A DNA stretch of 64,000 nucleotides, from contig NC_043007.1 in NCBI RefSeq assembly GCF_006345805.1, positions 25,668,001-25,732,000 of the forward strand. Direction: 5' to 3'. This document shows, one piece after another, positions 25,920 through 40,109 of this stretch (position 1 is its first letter; the number at the start of each line of letters is the position of its first letter). Source of the stretch: Octopus sinensis (Eukaryota). A program made the position numbers and the translations under genes. Under the pieces are notes generated by a model. It saw only the letters and a program-made list of their open reading frames with translations. It made no database searches and was not told the origin of the DNA.

Positions 25920-26838
25920 TTTCCATATATATATATATATATATATAAACATATATGTATGTACATATATATATATATGTATGTACATATATATATTGTA
26001 TGTACATATATATATATTATGTACATATATATATATGTATGTACATATATATAATATGTATGTACATATATATATATATATGTATGTACATATATATATA
26101 TATATATGTATGTACATATATATGTATATATATATGTATATATATATGTATGTACATATATATGTATATATATGTATATATATATGTATATATATATGTA
26201 TATATATATGTATGTACATATATATGTATATATATATGTATGTACATATATATGTATATATATATATATATATGCATATATATGTATGTATGTATATATA
26301 TATATGTATGTATATATATATATATATATATAATATATATATACATATGCAAGTGGAATGAAAATGAGCTAAGAGAAATAATACAATGTGTGCCAGATAA
26401 ATTCTTGAATTATTGAAATCACCTCCCTTCTCGAAGGGATAGAGCAATCGTATGTTAGCAATTGGTACCGACTTCAGATGATTTTAAAGGAATTAACGTC
26501 AAATATATAAATGTATGTTTGTGAAAGCAAACATATACACATGCTAACAGTTCTACGTATATATGCTTATTTATGTATATATGTGTGTGTGTATATATAT
26601 ATATATATTATATATATTAACGCAAACAAACACACATACATATGTATGTACATGCATACATATATACATATATAATATATATATATATATGTATGTATAT
26701 ATGAATAAATGGTCGTGAGCACATGCTTAATCCTATATATAGGTGTGTGTATATTGTCTGTATATATGTATCCGTTTTTGGGCTCATGATGTCTGATTAT
26801 AAATTTGATACCTTATGTTTTTACCTGTGACTGCATCC

Positions 26839-26877
<39 letters not shown>

Positions 26878-27109
26878 TAATAATAATAATAATCACTACT
26901 GTCAAAATAGCCATCAACACCATCACCAGCATTTACTAAATATAAGTCAATATTTTTTTTTACTTACGCTTAAAAATAACAAACTAACAAAAAAAAATTA
27001 AATGAAATAAAATTGAACAAATTGTATAGAAATTAATATCACGATTTTTTGGAAGATACCGAATGTCTTGCTATGTTTTCACTGATATATGTAAATATAT
27101 ATGTGTGTA

Positions 27110-27162
<53 letters not shown>

Positions 27163-28008
27163 CTATAGTGTATGTATGAATGAATATATTTGTATGTATA
27201 TGATACACATGTATATATCTCTTAAGTATATATATATATATAAAATATTATGAACATATATGTATATATTTATACTTACATATTATGTATATCTGTATAC
27301 GTATTTATAGATGTGTGGCTGTATATATGCACATATAAACACACACAAACACATTCTTGTTGGGTTTACGGAATATTATTGCTAACGTGGTGGTGTTTAC
27401 TGTTTCCTTTCTTCCTTCCTTCTTTCTTCTTTTCTTCTCTTATTATTATTATTATTATTATTATTGTCGGATCCATGAAAAAAAAAATTAGAAAGAAACC
27501 TAAATAACCCACGGACATTTTATAAATTGGCTTTAAAAATAATAACATTGTGATGAAATTTTGAATTGTCTTTGAAAGTATTGAAATATATAGGAGCAAT
27601 TTTTCTATAAAAAAAAACAAAGCAAAAAATATATACAAAGAAGCAAAATATATATAATATAAAGCAATCTTCCCCTTTCCCCACTCTCCCCTTCCTCTAC
27701 TGTGTATGATTGAAGTGAAAGTAGTGTTTGTGTGTGCATAGATATGTATGTATGTATGTATTTGTGTGTTTAAGTTGGTATTTGTCTATGCCACTTGATA
27801 TGTATACATATATTCATATATGTGTATGTATATAGATATATAGATATATATATATATAGATATATAATTATATGTGTGTGCATGTGTAGATTATTTAAAA
27901 CAAATATGCTTGTATATGTGAGCATATATATATATATATATATATAGATATAGATAGATACATATATACGTATATATATGTATGTATATATCTATGTATA
28001 TGTATATG

Positions 28009-28061
<53 letters not shown>

Positions 28062-29945
28062 ATGTATGTACATATATGTATATGCATGTATATATATATA
28101 TATATATGTACATATATGTATATATGTACATATATGTATATATGTACATATATGTACATATATGTACATATATGTACATATATGTATATATATGTATATA
28201 TGTATATATGTACATATATGTATATATATGTATATATATGTACATATATGTATATATATGTATATATATGAATATATATGTATATATGTATATATATGTA
28301 CATATATGTAGATATGTATATATATATGTACATATATGTATATATGTATACTTATATATGTACATATATATATATGTACATATATATATATATGTACATG
28401 CATATATATATATATATACATATATATACACACATATACCAACACACACATATATGCGTCATGTGTATGTATATGCACACATGCACACAGTAAACAATGG
28501 CAATTAAGGAAGACTCAAAACTTGATGTTGAGCAAAATAAATATTTTAAATGAAGTTAGAAAACTTGCTACAAGATTACTAACTTCCTGCAGTTTCATGT
28601 GGCAAATGATCAAATTCAAAATATTGGTGAGATGGTGTTTATTTAATAATGTACAAGAAAATGGGACAAGCCCTGTACCGTAGATGAGTCCATCTGCTGC
28701 ATAGGGTTGGAGACAAGCAAGAAATTGTGTTTTGAAAGTGAAACTAGGGAATTGTTTTCAGTGGTATTAGAAAGGACAGAAGCTAGAGTACACATTTGAG
28801 ATATTGTGTCTGTGTGTGTGTGTATGCATATGTGGGTGTTTGTGCATGTACATATCTGTGTGTGTGTGTTTATCTGTCTTAATTTGTATAAATTTTGAGC
28901 CACCAATAAATTGGGGGGAGGTGTTCAATCCTGCTGCTAGTACCACATAGTACTAAACACATTAAATAGGGTTTAAATATATTATTCTGCTGCATATTGT
29001 GGTATCTTTCTACTACTGCTGGGTTATGGCCAACCAACCAATTAATGATGCAAGGTTTTATCTTTGCTACAGAGACTTTTTTCTTAACGAAAAGATCTCT
29101 ATGGAATCCCTCCTGAGTTGAACAGTTCCTGTCAACATGTCACTATTCACTTATTATTATTATTATTATTATTATTATTTTTACTAATATTTCTATCATT
29201 ATAGGCGGCGAGCTGGCAGAATCGTTAGCATGCCAGGCAATATGCTTAGCAGCATTTTGTCTGTCTTTACATTCTGAGTTCAAATTCCGCTGGGGCCAAC
29301 TTTGCTTTTCATTCTTTCAGGGTTGACAAAAATAAGTACCAGCTGAGCGCTGGGGGTCGATGTAGTAGACCTAGCCCCTCCCTCGAAATTGCTGGCCTTG
29401 TGCCAAAATTTGAAGCCAATGTCATTATTACTATTATTTTTATTATTATCATTATTCAAGGCAGTCAGCCAACAGAACCGTTAGTACACCAGTCAAAATG
29501 CTTTGCGGCATTTCACCCATTTTTACATTCTGAGTTCAAATTCTGCCAAGGTCAACTTTGCCTTTCATCCTTTCAGGGTCGATAAAATAAGTACCAGTTG
29601 AATACTGGGGTTGATGTAATCAACTTAACCCCTTCCCTGAAATTGCTGGCCTTGTGCCAAACTTTGAAACCAGTATTAATATTATTATTATTATTATTAT
29701 TATTGAAATTTTTGTGTTTTTTTTTGTTTTCTTTTTTTTTTTTTGCTATGTCTGTGTGTCACAGAAATAAGAGGGGCGGGGGTTAGAGGAATGATTATGT
29801 CACTCTGTCCCTCTGCCCGATATCCTCTGTTATTCAACTTTATAAAATTGGAATTACTTTGTTGACAATAACCACTGTATCTTACATGCTGACTGAGTTA
29901 CTTTGTTTCACTGGGTAGGAATATATATATGTGTGCGAGTGTGTG

Positions 29946-29979
<34 letters not shown>

Positions 29980-30080
29980 AATACATACATATCTATAAAT
30001 ACATATATATATATATATAAATGCATATATGTATATAAATACAATATATATAAATACATATATATATAAATACATACATC

Positions 30081-30140
<60 letters not shown>

Positions 30141-30149
30141 CATATATAC

Positions 30150-30184
<35 letters not shown>

Positions 30185-30381
30185 CATATATACATACATA
30201 TATATATATATGTATATATTATAATACATCTATATATATATATGTATATATAAATCCCTATATACATACATATATATAATATGTATATATATATAAATAC
30301 ATATATACATACATATTATATAAATATGTAATATATATAAATACATACACTATATCATATATATATATGTATATATATATA

Positions 30382-30413
<32 letters not shown>

Positions 30414-30700
30414 TATAAATACATACATACATACATATATATATATAATATATATATAAATACATAATACATTACATAATATATTACATATATATATATA
30501 AAAATACATATACTATATATATACACATATATAATACTCATAAATACATATATATATATTCCACATATATAATATATATAATACATATATATATAAATAT
30601 GTATATAATAGATATATATAATATATATATAGTATGTATATAATATATGTAGAAAAATATCTATAATAAATATATATATATAATATTTATATACACCGCT
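25920..30700. repeat. Large degenerate (TA)n/(TATG)n/(TACA)n arrays (25920-26345, 27960-28440, 29940-30690); similar arrays at 42800-43300, 47885-49010, 51825-52140
   Basis: Read directly; source of the Tyr/Ile/His ORFs in the track. Confidence 0.95.
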
Positions 30701-31456
30701 CATAAAACACATGTAACAATAAAAAATTAAACGGACCTTAGTGTCATTGAAATAGAGGTCTATATGTTCCATGCTTTATTATATATGTATGTACCTATAT
30801 ATATATATATATGTATGTATGTATAAAACACATTCAAACACGTTTGTTCCTGCTCGTGTATATTATATATAAAATAATTTGTATAATTGTTCATACGTAC
30901 AATCACTGTTTCTAACATGCTGTTCCATGTACAATGATGATGTTTGGTTTTCATGTGTTTCTGATAAAGTTTTTCAAGTTGTATATTTTTTTCTTTTTTT
31001 TTTGCTCTCTCTCTCTTTTTTTTTTTTTATTTCTTGATCTCCGTGTGTAGTTATTAGAACAACACTGCTCCGACTTTACTCCTCTCTTTCTCCCCTCCTC
31101 TCTCTCTCTCTCTCTCTCTCTTTCTTTCTACACTCACTCACTCACTCACTCAATCACTCACTCACGCATGCACCTCCACCACCATACACACGTCTTTAGT
31201 CTTCCTATTTCGATGAATGTTTTACACTAAGAATCTATTCCTCCTTATAATCTATCACGCCCCCCACCCCCAGAATATTCTGGAAAGAAAGAGATGGGAA
31301 ATATCTGAAAAAAAAAAAAATGAAAAAAAAAAATGTAAAATTTATTTTATTTTCAAAGTGATATTTTTTGAAATTTAGTTTTTTAAAGAATATTTCTGTA
31401 ACTGCTGCACTATTTTGTCCATAATAATAATAATGATAATGATAATTGCAAAACAC

Positions 31457-31491
<35 letters not shown>

Positions 31492-31905
31492 AAATACACC
31501 TAATTATTATGTCTCCTCCTTGCTGCTGATGTTTGTATTGTCTCACCTTCCAAGACACACCTGACCTTTATTTTATTTTATTTTATTTTATTTCCTTATG
31601 TTTTTTAATGTTTATCTCTTATAAATTTTGTTTATCTACTTTCGAAATGTTTTTTTTTTCATTTTATTTCTGTGATCTGGTTTTGGTAGTTCTTATTTCT
31701 TCAGTTCAGTTGGTGTATATATAAACCAGTCTTAGGGTTTGTTTAGCAAATCCAATTTTGAATAAAGGTGCTCTGAAGTACAACATTACTCCAAAGATCG
31801 GGCTCAATAGAGGGTTCCACACTCCACTCCAATATCCAGTCTAGTACATTGCGGGATATCAACCTTAGGATAGGCTAGTGTGCGGAATAGAAGCCAAGTA
31901 CATGC

Positions 31906-31939
<34 letters not shown>

Positions 31940-33709
31940 GCACCTTGGAATAGCAGAGTGCTCCTTTAATAATTGACTGAAATATAATTAATTGTTCTTT
32001 GGTCAATTAAAATATGTAACCAACACACTGCTATTTGAACACTTTGCTAGCCAGGTTCCTGCAGGAAGTGCTACTGGTGTGATGAAATGGATTTTACCTA
32101 TTCCCTCAATTTTTATACACATACATACATACTAATGTACTTCTTTAAAATATATCAACCTGTTCACTTTGAACACATTACCAGTAAGTATGTGTGATTG
32201 TGAATGTATTTGAATCTAAGTTATTTTAATCCTTTCAACATTTTATATTGTTGATAAGTAAACTGCTGCCTCCATGTTTGAATTTAATATTTCAAAATAA
32301 TCAAGATTTTTTATGGGTTTAGTAAAATATAATGCATAATATCTGCTATATGCAACTGAGGCAGTGTTTAATTAAAATAGCCATCTATGTATCATACTAA
32401 ATGCATAACCGCTGTCAGTAGACCAGTTCATGCAAATACCTCAGTAACTGGCCTATCAATGGGAGCATATCGGTTAATAAAACCAGCTGCAGTCTAATGT
32501 CATCTTCCATTTTACAACATGATTTCGATAAAAAATATTTCCATCTACATACAAACACATTGATACTGGCTACATTAGGTAGGCTGGCATTAGCAGGGTT
32601 TATTATTATTTGAAGCTGTATTAATTGCTATTGTTATGTTTGTATGAAGGATGGCAATATATAAACTGGTTTGATAAAACTATATTTGGTTGAATAGCAA
32701 ACATAACGCAAAGTAGACATGAGGTATTACTACATTCCAAATATGACTTATGCCATTTTGTTGATAACAGGCATATCATATTGCTGACGAGTCAAATTAT
32801 TTCCTAATTTATTTTAAGCAAATGTTAATTTTTATTGTTCAAAACTTAAAATCGAGTTTGTGTGTGTCGGTGTATGCACATGTGCAATTCTTATACAATC
32901 AAACATTATTTCCTTATTCCACTTTAATGAACCATTTCTTGCAAAGTTGGGAACTTTTTTTTTTTTTTTGCTAAAGAGGAAGGGCAATGTTTTGTGACTC
33001 TGACCCTTTCTAGGGTCTCCACGACTAGTGAAAAGTAAAAAGCGGAAGTTATTTATCATCAGATCACAGCTCCGGCTTGAGTACTTTCTACAGTGTGTAT
33101 TCCACAGACGACATCCCAGGACCAGGTGACAGTATTGAATTGGGTAACAGCTTAAGTACAGCGAAGGTGCATAGTGTCCTGATGGTTTGGGTGCTGCATT
33201 TGTGGTCATAAGATCAGAGTTTTGATCCCTAGATCATGTGGTGCATTGGGTTCTTAAAAAAACAAAAAAGCACTTCATTCTAGTTTTCTTCACTGCAAAT
33301 GAGTTCCAACAATTATATGGGCAATTAACTCTGCAATGGCCTTGCAGGGGGTGAAGTGGGGTGGGAGTTGCTTGTGATCTTAGTCACTTATATGTCATGG
33401 GAACTGGATTCTCCCAATTTTTGAGTTTCGTGGCTAGTGTCAGATTAACTATAGCATATAATAACAGGAACTGTCCTTCATTCTCAAAGCTTTGGGCTGA
33501 CCCAAGACTATGATTAAAAAAATAAAAATAAAAAAAAAACAACCAAGTTATTGCAGTGTAGGATTGAACCTAAAACAACAGATTTGAAAAAGCAAACTTG
33601 TTAACCATACAGCATTGCCTGTGCCCAAGGATTAATCTATTCAGTAAGCTGTTATGTGTAATCATTGATGTATTGATGCCACCCCTTCCCTCGCTCACTG
33701 ACACTTCAA

Positions 33710-33744
<35 letters not shown>

Positions 33745-35892
33745 GGGTGGAAGCTGGGTTACTACTTATCTGGTGGGATGGTGATTGTAAATGTCACGGC
33801 ATTCTGTTTCTCTTGTGCTTTGTTTACCACAAGAGTTTCTATCGATGGATGAGATGTTGAGTTTGGTATTTGAAATCTGGGGATGCTACTGTAGAATGTC
33901 TGTTACTGTCATCTGCCTAAGACATTCAGTTTCAATTCCATTTGTAAACTGAAAAGAGAGAGACACAGACAGACAGTTTATTGATCAAGGACAAAAGTAA
34001 TAATAAAGGGTCGATGAAGTCCAATACAATTTTTATTCCTTGCTCCAAATAATACATATTTGTACTAATGCTAGAAGCCATCATCATCATCATTATTAGT
34101 AGTAGTAATAAGCCATCGAGCTGGCAGAATCATTAGCACACTGGGCAAAACGCTTAGCGGTATTTTACCTGTTGCTATGTTCTGGGTTCAAATCCTGCCG
34201 AGGTAGACTTTGCCTTTCACCTTTTCAGTTGAGTCCTGGGGTTGATGTGATCAATTGTCCCCCTCACCAGAAAATCTAGGCCTTGTGCCTATAATAGAAA
34301 GGATTATTATTATTATTATTATTATTATTTAGCAGCAATTTTACTTATTATAATTATTATACTAGCGAGGAGTGATAAGTCACCTGGTCTATTGCTGCTG
34401 CCCCCCACTTTTTTTTTAAGGATTCAGTTAGTTTTAAAGACATTTGGATATTTGTCTTACTGTCTATGAGTGTGTTTGAGCCCTCTCTACCCCCATTCCC
34501 CACTATTTACTGCTTTTTTTAATGATAACACACCCATTACTTCAGTCACCTTCTAACCAATTGAACTGGCTTATTTTTTATTTCATTTCATTTCGTTTTT
34601 GTTTTTTGTTTTCCTCTACATCCACCCCGTTCTTTTTTTCATTCTTCTATTCCCCTGTTCTTTGTATTCTATCCTTGACGTCATGTGTCCCTTTGTTTTG
34701 TTCTTCTGTTGTCTTGTCTTCTTCACTGCTTCAAGACACCAACACATCTTTTTACAATCAGTGTTCGATTGCTGAATGCTGTTCCCAAGGGTTTATTAAT
34801 CTGCAACCAAATCACATAACACACAACTCTCACCATCCCCACCCCCAATTTATTTTTTGTTGTTGTTGTTAATATTAAGTTCTAATATTGTTAATCTTCA
34901 ATTTATAGGCTTCATCATCTCTATTATTATCATTCTTATTAATCTTTACATTCTGAGTTCAAATTCTGCTGAGGCCAACTTTGCTTGTCATCCTTTTTGG
35001 GGGTTTATAAAATAAGTACCAGCTGTGTACTGGAGTTGATGTAATTAACTTAGCTCCCTCCCCCAAACGTTCAGGCTTTGTGACTATAATAGAAAGGAAT
35101 ATTGTTAATTACAGTCTTGAGTTCAAATTCCACTGATGTTGACTTTACTTGTCATCCTTTTTGGGAGTTTATAAAATAAGTACCAGCTGTGTACTGGGGT
35201 TGATGTAATTAACTTAGCTCCCTCCCCCAAACTTTCAGGCCTTGTGACTATAATAGAAAGGATTATTGTTAATTACAGTATTACAGTCTGAGTTCAAATT
35301 CCACTGATGTTGACTGATGTTGACTGGCACCCTTCCCCAAAATTTCAGGCCTTGTGCCTAGAAGAGAAATGAATAAAATGAGTACTAGTTGAGCATTGGG
35401 GGGTCACTGTAATTAACTAGCTCCCGCCCTCTCTCAAAATTTCAGGCCTTTGTGCCTATAGTAGAAAGGATTGTTATTATTATTATTATCAAGGCAGCAA
35501 GCTGGCAGAATCGTTAGCTTGCCAGGCAAAATGCTTAGCAGCTTTACGTTCTGAGTCCAAAGTCTGCTAAGGTCAACTTTACCTTTCATCCTTTCAGGGT
35601 CGATGAAGTAAGTACCAGTTAAATACTAGGGTCGATGTAATCAACTCATCTCCAGCCCCAAAATGCTGCCCTTGAGGCAAAATTTGAAGCCATTATTAAT
35701 TTAGCAATAATTTTTGTCTATTTTTTTTTGTTTTTGTGTTAAATATTTATTAATTGTAAGAATTTCATTTTTTTGTCCCTTTTGACTATATTTATCCCCT
35801 CCTCCTCCTCGTCATATATACACCCACATACACTACACTCTCCTCCTGCCACCACCACACAAAACACCACCCTTATATATATATTATATATA

Positions 35893-35925
<33 letters not shown>

Positions 35926-38767
35926 ATTTTTTTTTTACTTTGTCTTATTTCTCTCCCTCCTGGAAACCTTATTGATCGTTGTCTAACAGTTGTATTTTTT
36001 TATGAGACACGTTTTTAAAATTAAAAAAAAAAAAAAAAACTAAAAGGAAAAAAAAAAAACAGAAAAAACCAAAACCAAAAAGCGACATGTTTGCCATGGC
36101 TTATTCTTGCTATTGGTGTGCTGGGAAATTGAAGGACGGAGTACGTGTTCATTCTTTTGTGACGTATACGCACTCACTCGCACAAACACACACACACACA
36201 CATATACATACACACACACATACATCATAGCGTGTGTGGCATATTTTATTATGGTTGAAAATTTTGATATAGTGTTGTTTATGAAATCCTGGAAGGTTCA
36301 CATTTAAGAATGATATATTAAAGGTAGGTGGAGACTACATGAGAGATGTTTTGGTAACCCTGTATTTAATGCAAAGCTTAAAGCAATGTAATTGATGTTG
36401 AATATTTGCAGCTCAATAGCAAAGTTGTAAAAGTAAAAAAAAAAAAGAATTTTGTAATAAAGATAATCAATCCAGCTTCCTATGCTACAATATATATGTA
36501 CACACACACACACACACATATATGTATATTGTCTATATATATATATATATATATATGTCTATCTATCTATATATATATATATATATATAGACATATATAT
36601 ATATATAATATATATATAGAGAGAGAGAGAGAGAGACATATATATATATATATAGACATATATATATAGTCTATATATATATATATATATATATAGTGTC
36701 TGTGTAAATATATATATATATATATATATATATTGTCTGTGTATACATATATATTGCTATATATATATGCACATGTGTGCATATATATATATATATTGTA
36801 TAATATATATATATATACATGTATATATATGTGCATATATATATATATATATATATATCCTGTGATGTATCATACAAATCTTCAGTTATCACATGTTCAC
36901 ATGTTGTATATCAAGATTTAACGACTCACTCTATACACCCTGCAGCATTCAACATTATAAAGATTTTTGTTTGTTGTTGTTGTTGTTGGGTCTTTCTTTT
37001 TAATGTGTATTACACTTTCACGCAGCACATTTCTTCATTCTGCAAACACTTCTCACTCACTCACTCACAAAGTGTGTCATTTATATTTCGTTATGAAAAT
37101 GTATATAGTTATATATATATATAAATAGTTATATATATATATGAATAGAAAGAGAGAGACACATTCTTATACATGCATAAATATTCACATACATATATAA
37201 TGTTATATAATAAATCATATTTAACATATTTTAAATATTGTACACACATACACACACAAGATATATATATATGTATATAAATATATATATATATAAATCA
37301 TAATAAATTAAAATCAATAACAATTATTATTATAATATATATATATATGAATCTATTTTGTTTGAGAATCGTAAAATTTTTAATGTTTAAGCAGAAAAAT
37401 AATATTAATTATCTTTATCCAATTCTGACAAAACTAAAAAAAAAAAATGAAAAAAAAAATTAATTAATTATTGAATATATAAAAAAAGGTGAAAGAAACA
37501 TTACATGAGAATTTATTAGGGAGCTGAGCATTTATCTGTTTCTTCAGGTCCTTCAATTAATTTTTAAATATAAATAAATAAATATATAAATAAATCACTT
37601 CCCCACCTCACCAGACCCCACTTCATTGCCCCTCTCCCACGCCCCATCACCCCCGCATCCCACCACCTCCATCACTTTTCCTTGTTTCTACCATCACAGC
37701 TACCAATGCCACCACTACCACCACCACCACACCATTTTGCTATGCTCAATGTACAGTGATTTTGTAGATACTATTAACAGTTGAGTAACGTGTGCTTGCT
37801 TGTTTGCGTACATACATACATACATACATACATAAATATATATATATATATATTCTCACATAATACAGTGCATGCATACATTTGTAAGTGTACACACACA
37901 TATACATGTATATACACACATATGTATATGTATACATATATACACACATTGTAATCAGAGTGATAATACAGAGAGTCAAGAAGGATGGTGATGTTTCGTT
38001 GTGTTTGTCTATGTTAATTGTACCTAGTCTTACGTCTGACTGTGTTTTGTTTTTGTGCACTTGTGATATCCGGATTTAGCGGGTTGTGGGTCTGCATTAT
38101 TTTTGTTATTTAAGCTGAATCTAGTTTTAAAATGACCAAGTCATTGGAATGATATTATTTATACATCTTCTCACTGCTATTGGCGATGGTAAGAAGCAGA
38201 AGTCATTTGTGGTATTAACCTTTATTTACTCTCTCTGCTGCACTCGCACTTACGCTTGTTGGCATCTTAGTTCTTCTGCATGTCTTATCCCCCCTGCCTT
38301 GTTTATATATATATACAATCTTCTAGTAGATATTTGCAAGGAGTTACTCCACTTTATTTTTTCCCCCACAGACCTTCTAGCTGCCTGGCTTTTTCAAAGA
38401 ACTTAAACTGTCCCCAGCACCATCGCTTATATTATTATTGATATAATAGAATCGTTAAAACATCGGGGAAATTTTTCAATGGTATTTCGTTCCAAGTTCA
38501 AAGTTTGCCAAGGTCGTCCTTGCCTTTTATCCGTTCGGAGACGATAAAATATGTACCAGTTGAACATCTGGGTTCAACTAGCGTCCTCCCCGCAAATTTC
38601 AGGCATTATTATTATTTATATTATTATTATTATTATTCATTGTTAGATATTTAGAGTTTGTTTTACTAACTATTCTCTTCTCATCTGTGTGTGTGTGTAT
38701 ATATTGCTGGGCAGCGAAATTAAGCTGTTTTCTTTTGAAAATCTCAGGACAAAAACACACACGCGTG

Positions 38768-38815
<48 letters not shown>

Positions 38816-38995
38816 GTCAGTAGGAGTTACAGGGTGACTCGAGGACTGAGAGTTTCGTGACAAGTGCTTGATAAGTGCCAACACATGGAACTCTCGGCTC
38901 TTCAGTCACTTTGTAACCTCTGCCAATCCTTAATGAAAAAAAAACATATATACACTCATGTTTTGAGTTCTATTTTCTTTGTCTGCACCATCAAA

Positions 38996-39034
<39 letters not shown>

Positions 39035-39041
39035 TATATTA

Positions 39042-39082
<41 letters not shown>

Positions 39083-39100
39083 TAGATAGATAGATAACGG

Positions 39101-39198
39101 CCTCCTCTGAAGAGCGCAGGGTTACGTAATCGAACTGTTACCTAACATTCCGTTGAACCCCTAGTGCGAAACTGATTGGTAAAATCGACCGTAATGGA
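39101..39198 (+). ncRNA. Degenerate hammerhead-like motif with extended stem II
   Basis: CTGAAGA at 39107-39113, GCGC/GTGC plus GGGTT/AACCC, GAAAC at 39168-39172. Stems I and III are imperfect. Confidence 0.4.
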
Positions 39199-39875
39199 TA
39201 TTTAATACTGTACACTTCGATTAACATATAAGGATAAGATTATATTTTAAGTTTCACTCAAGCAATTACACGGTTAAATCATAAGAGAGCTAGACATGTT
39301 AAACACTGCGTGTAAAAAAAAAAAAGAAAGCTTAGCTTATGGACAAATGCCGTACGTTCAACCCAAACTCACTTTTACTTTTTGTGGGGGCCGTGGGTGA
39401 AACTCTTCTGTGGCTGTTTTGTCCCAGCATTAAATCTTAATTTTTGACTCGTGACGTGACATTCTAACTGGAACCCTTCGCCTTCTCTTACCGTTTGCCT
39501 ACCCCCACCCCGTTTTTGATTAGGTAGTGTAATGTGTGTGGGGAGGAAAGGAAGGCGTGGGGGTGAGAGCTACTTCCCCGCCCATTTCCTCCCTTGTTCC
39601 CCAGTTTATTTGTCGTTCGCAGCAAATCACACAACTGCCAAATGTGACACTTCCATTTGATGTGGTTTAACAGTTATTTTACTGAGCCAGACGTTACCCC
39701 TTTCCCACCCTACCACACTACACACCCATTTACTTCGATACTAATGTAAAACCATCATTAACACACACACACAATATATATATAAATTAAATAAGGGTAG
39801 AAATTGATAATAATAAATTAAAACCAGTGGCTTAGCATATTTTTAAAAATCCGAAGATTAAAAATTGTTTTACAT

Positions 39876-40109
39876 ACAAAATTTAGAGAACTGACCACTA
39901 AAAGTGGACAACCTATATGCTAAACATAGACGTCAAATCGCCATTACCACGAAGAAGGTGTTCTCAGGAAAAATCTCAGCAATATTTTTACATTTTGTTT
40001 TTTTCCTGAGATTTTTCTTGAGAACACCTTCTTTGTGGTAATGGCGATTTGACGTCTATGTTTAGCATATAGGCTGTCCACTTTTAGAGGTCAGTCCTCT
40101 AAATTTTGT
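39876..40109. repeat. Foldback inverted repeat, 104-bp arms (5 mismatches), 26-nt spacer
   Basis: Arms 39876-39979 and 40006-40109. Confidence 0.95.

Noticed and set aside
32780-32800. CTGACGAGTC hammerhead-like start
   Set aside because: No downstream stem II partner or GAAA.
38100-38420. Possible exon near ttttcccccacag
   Set aside because: No sustained reading frame or recognisable product on either strand.
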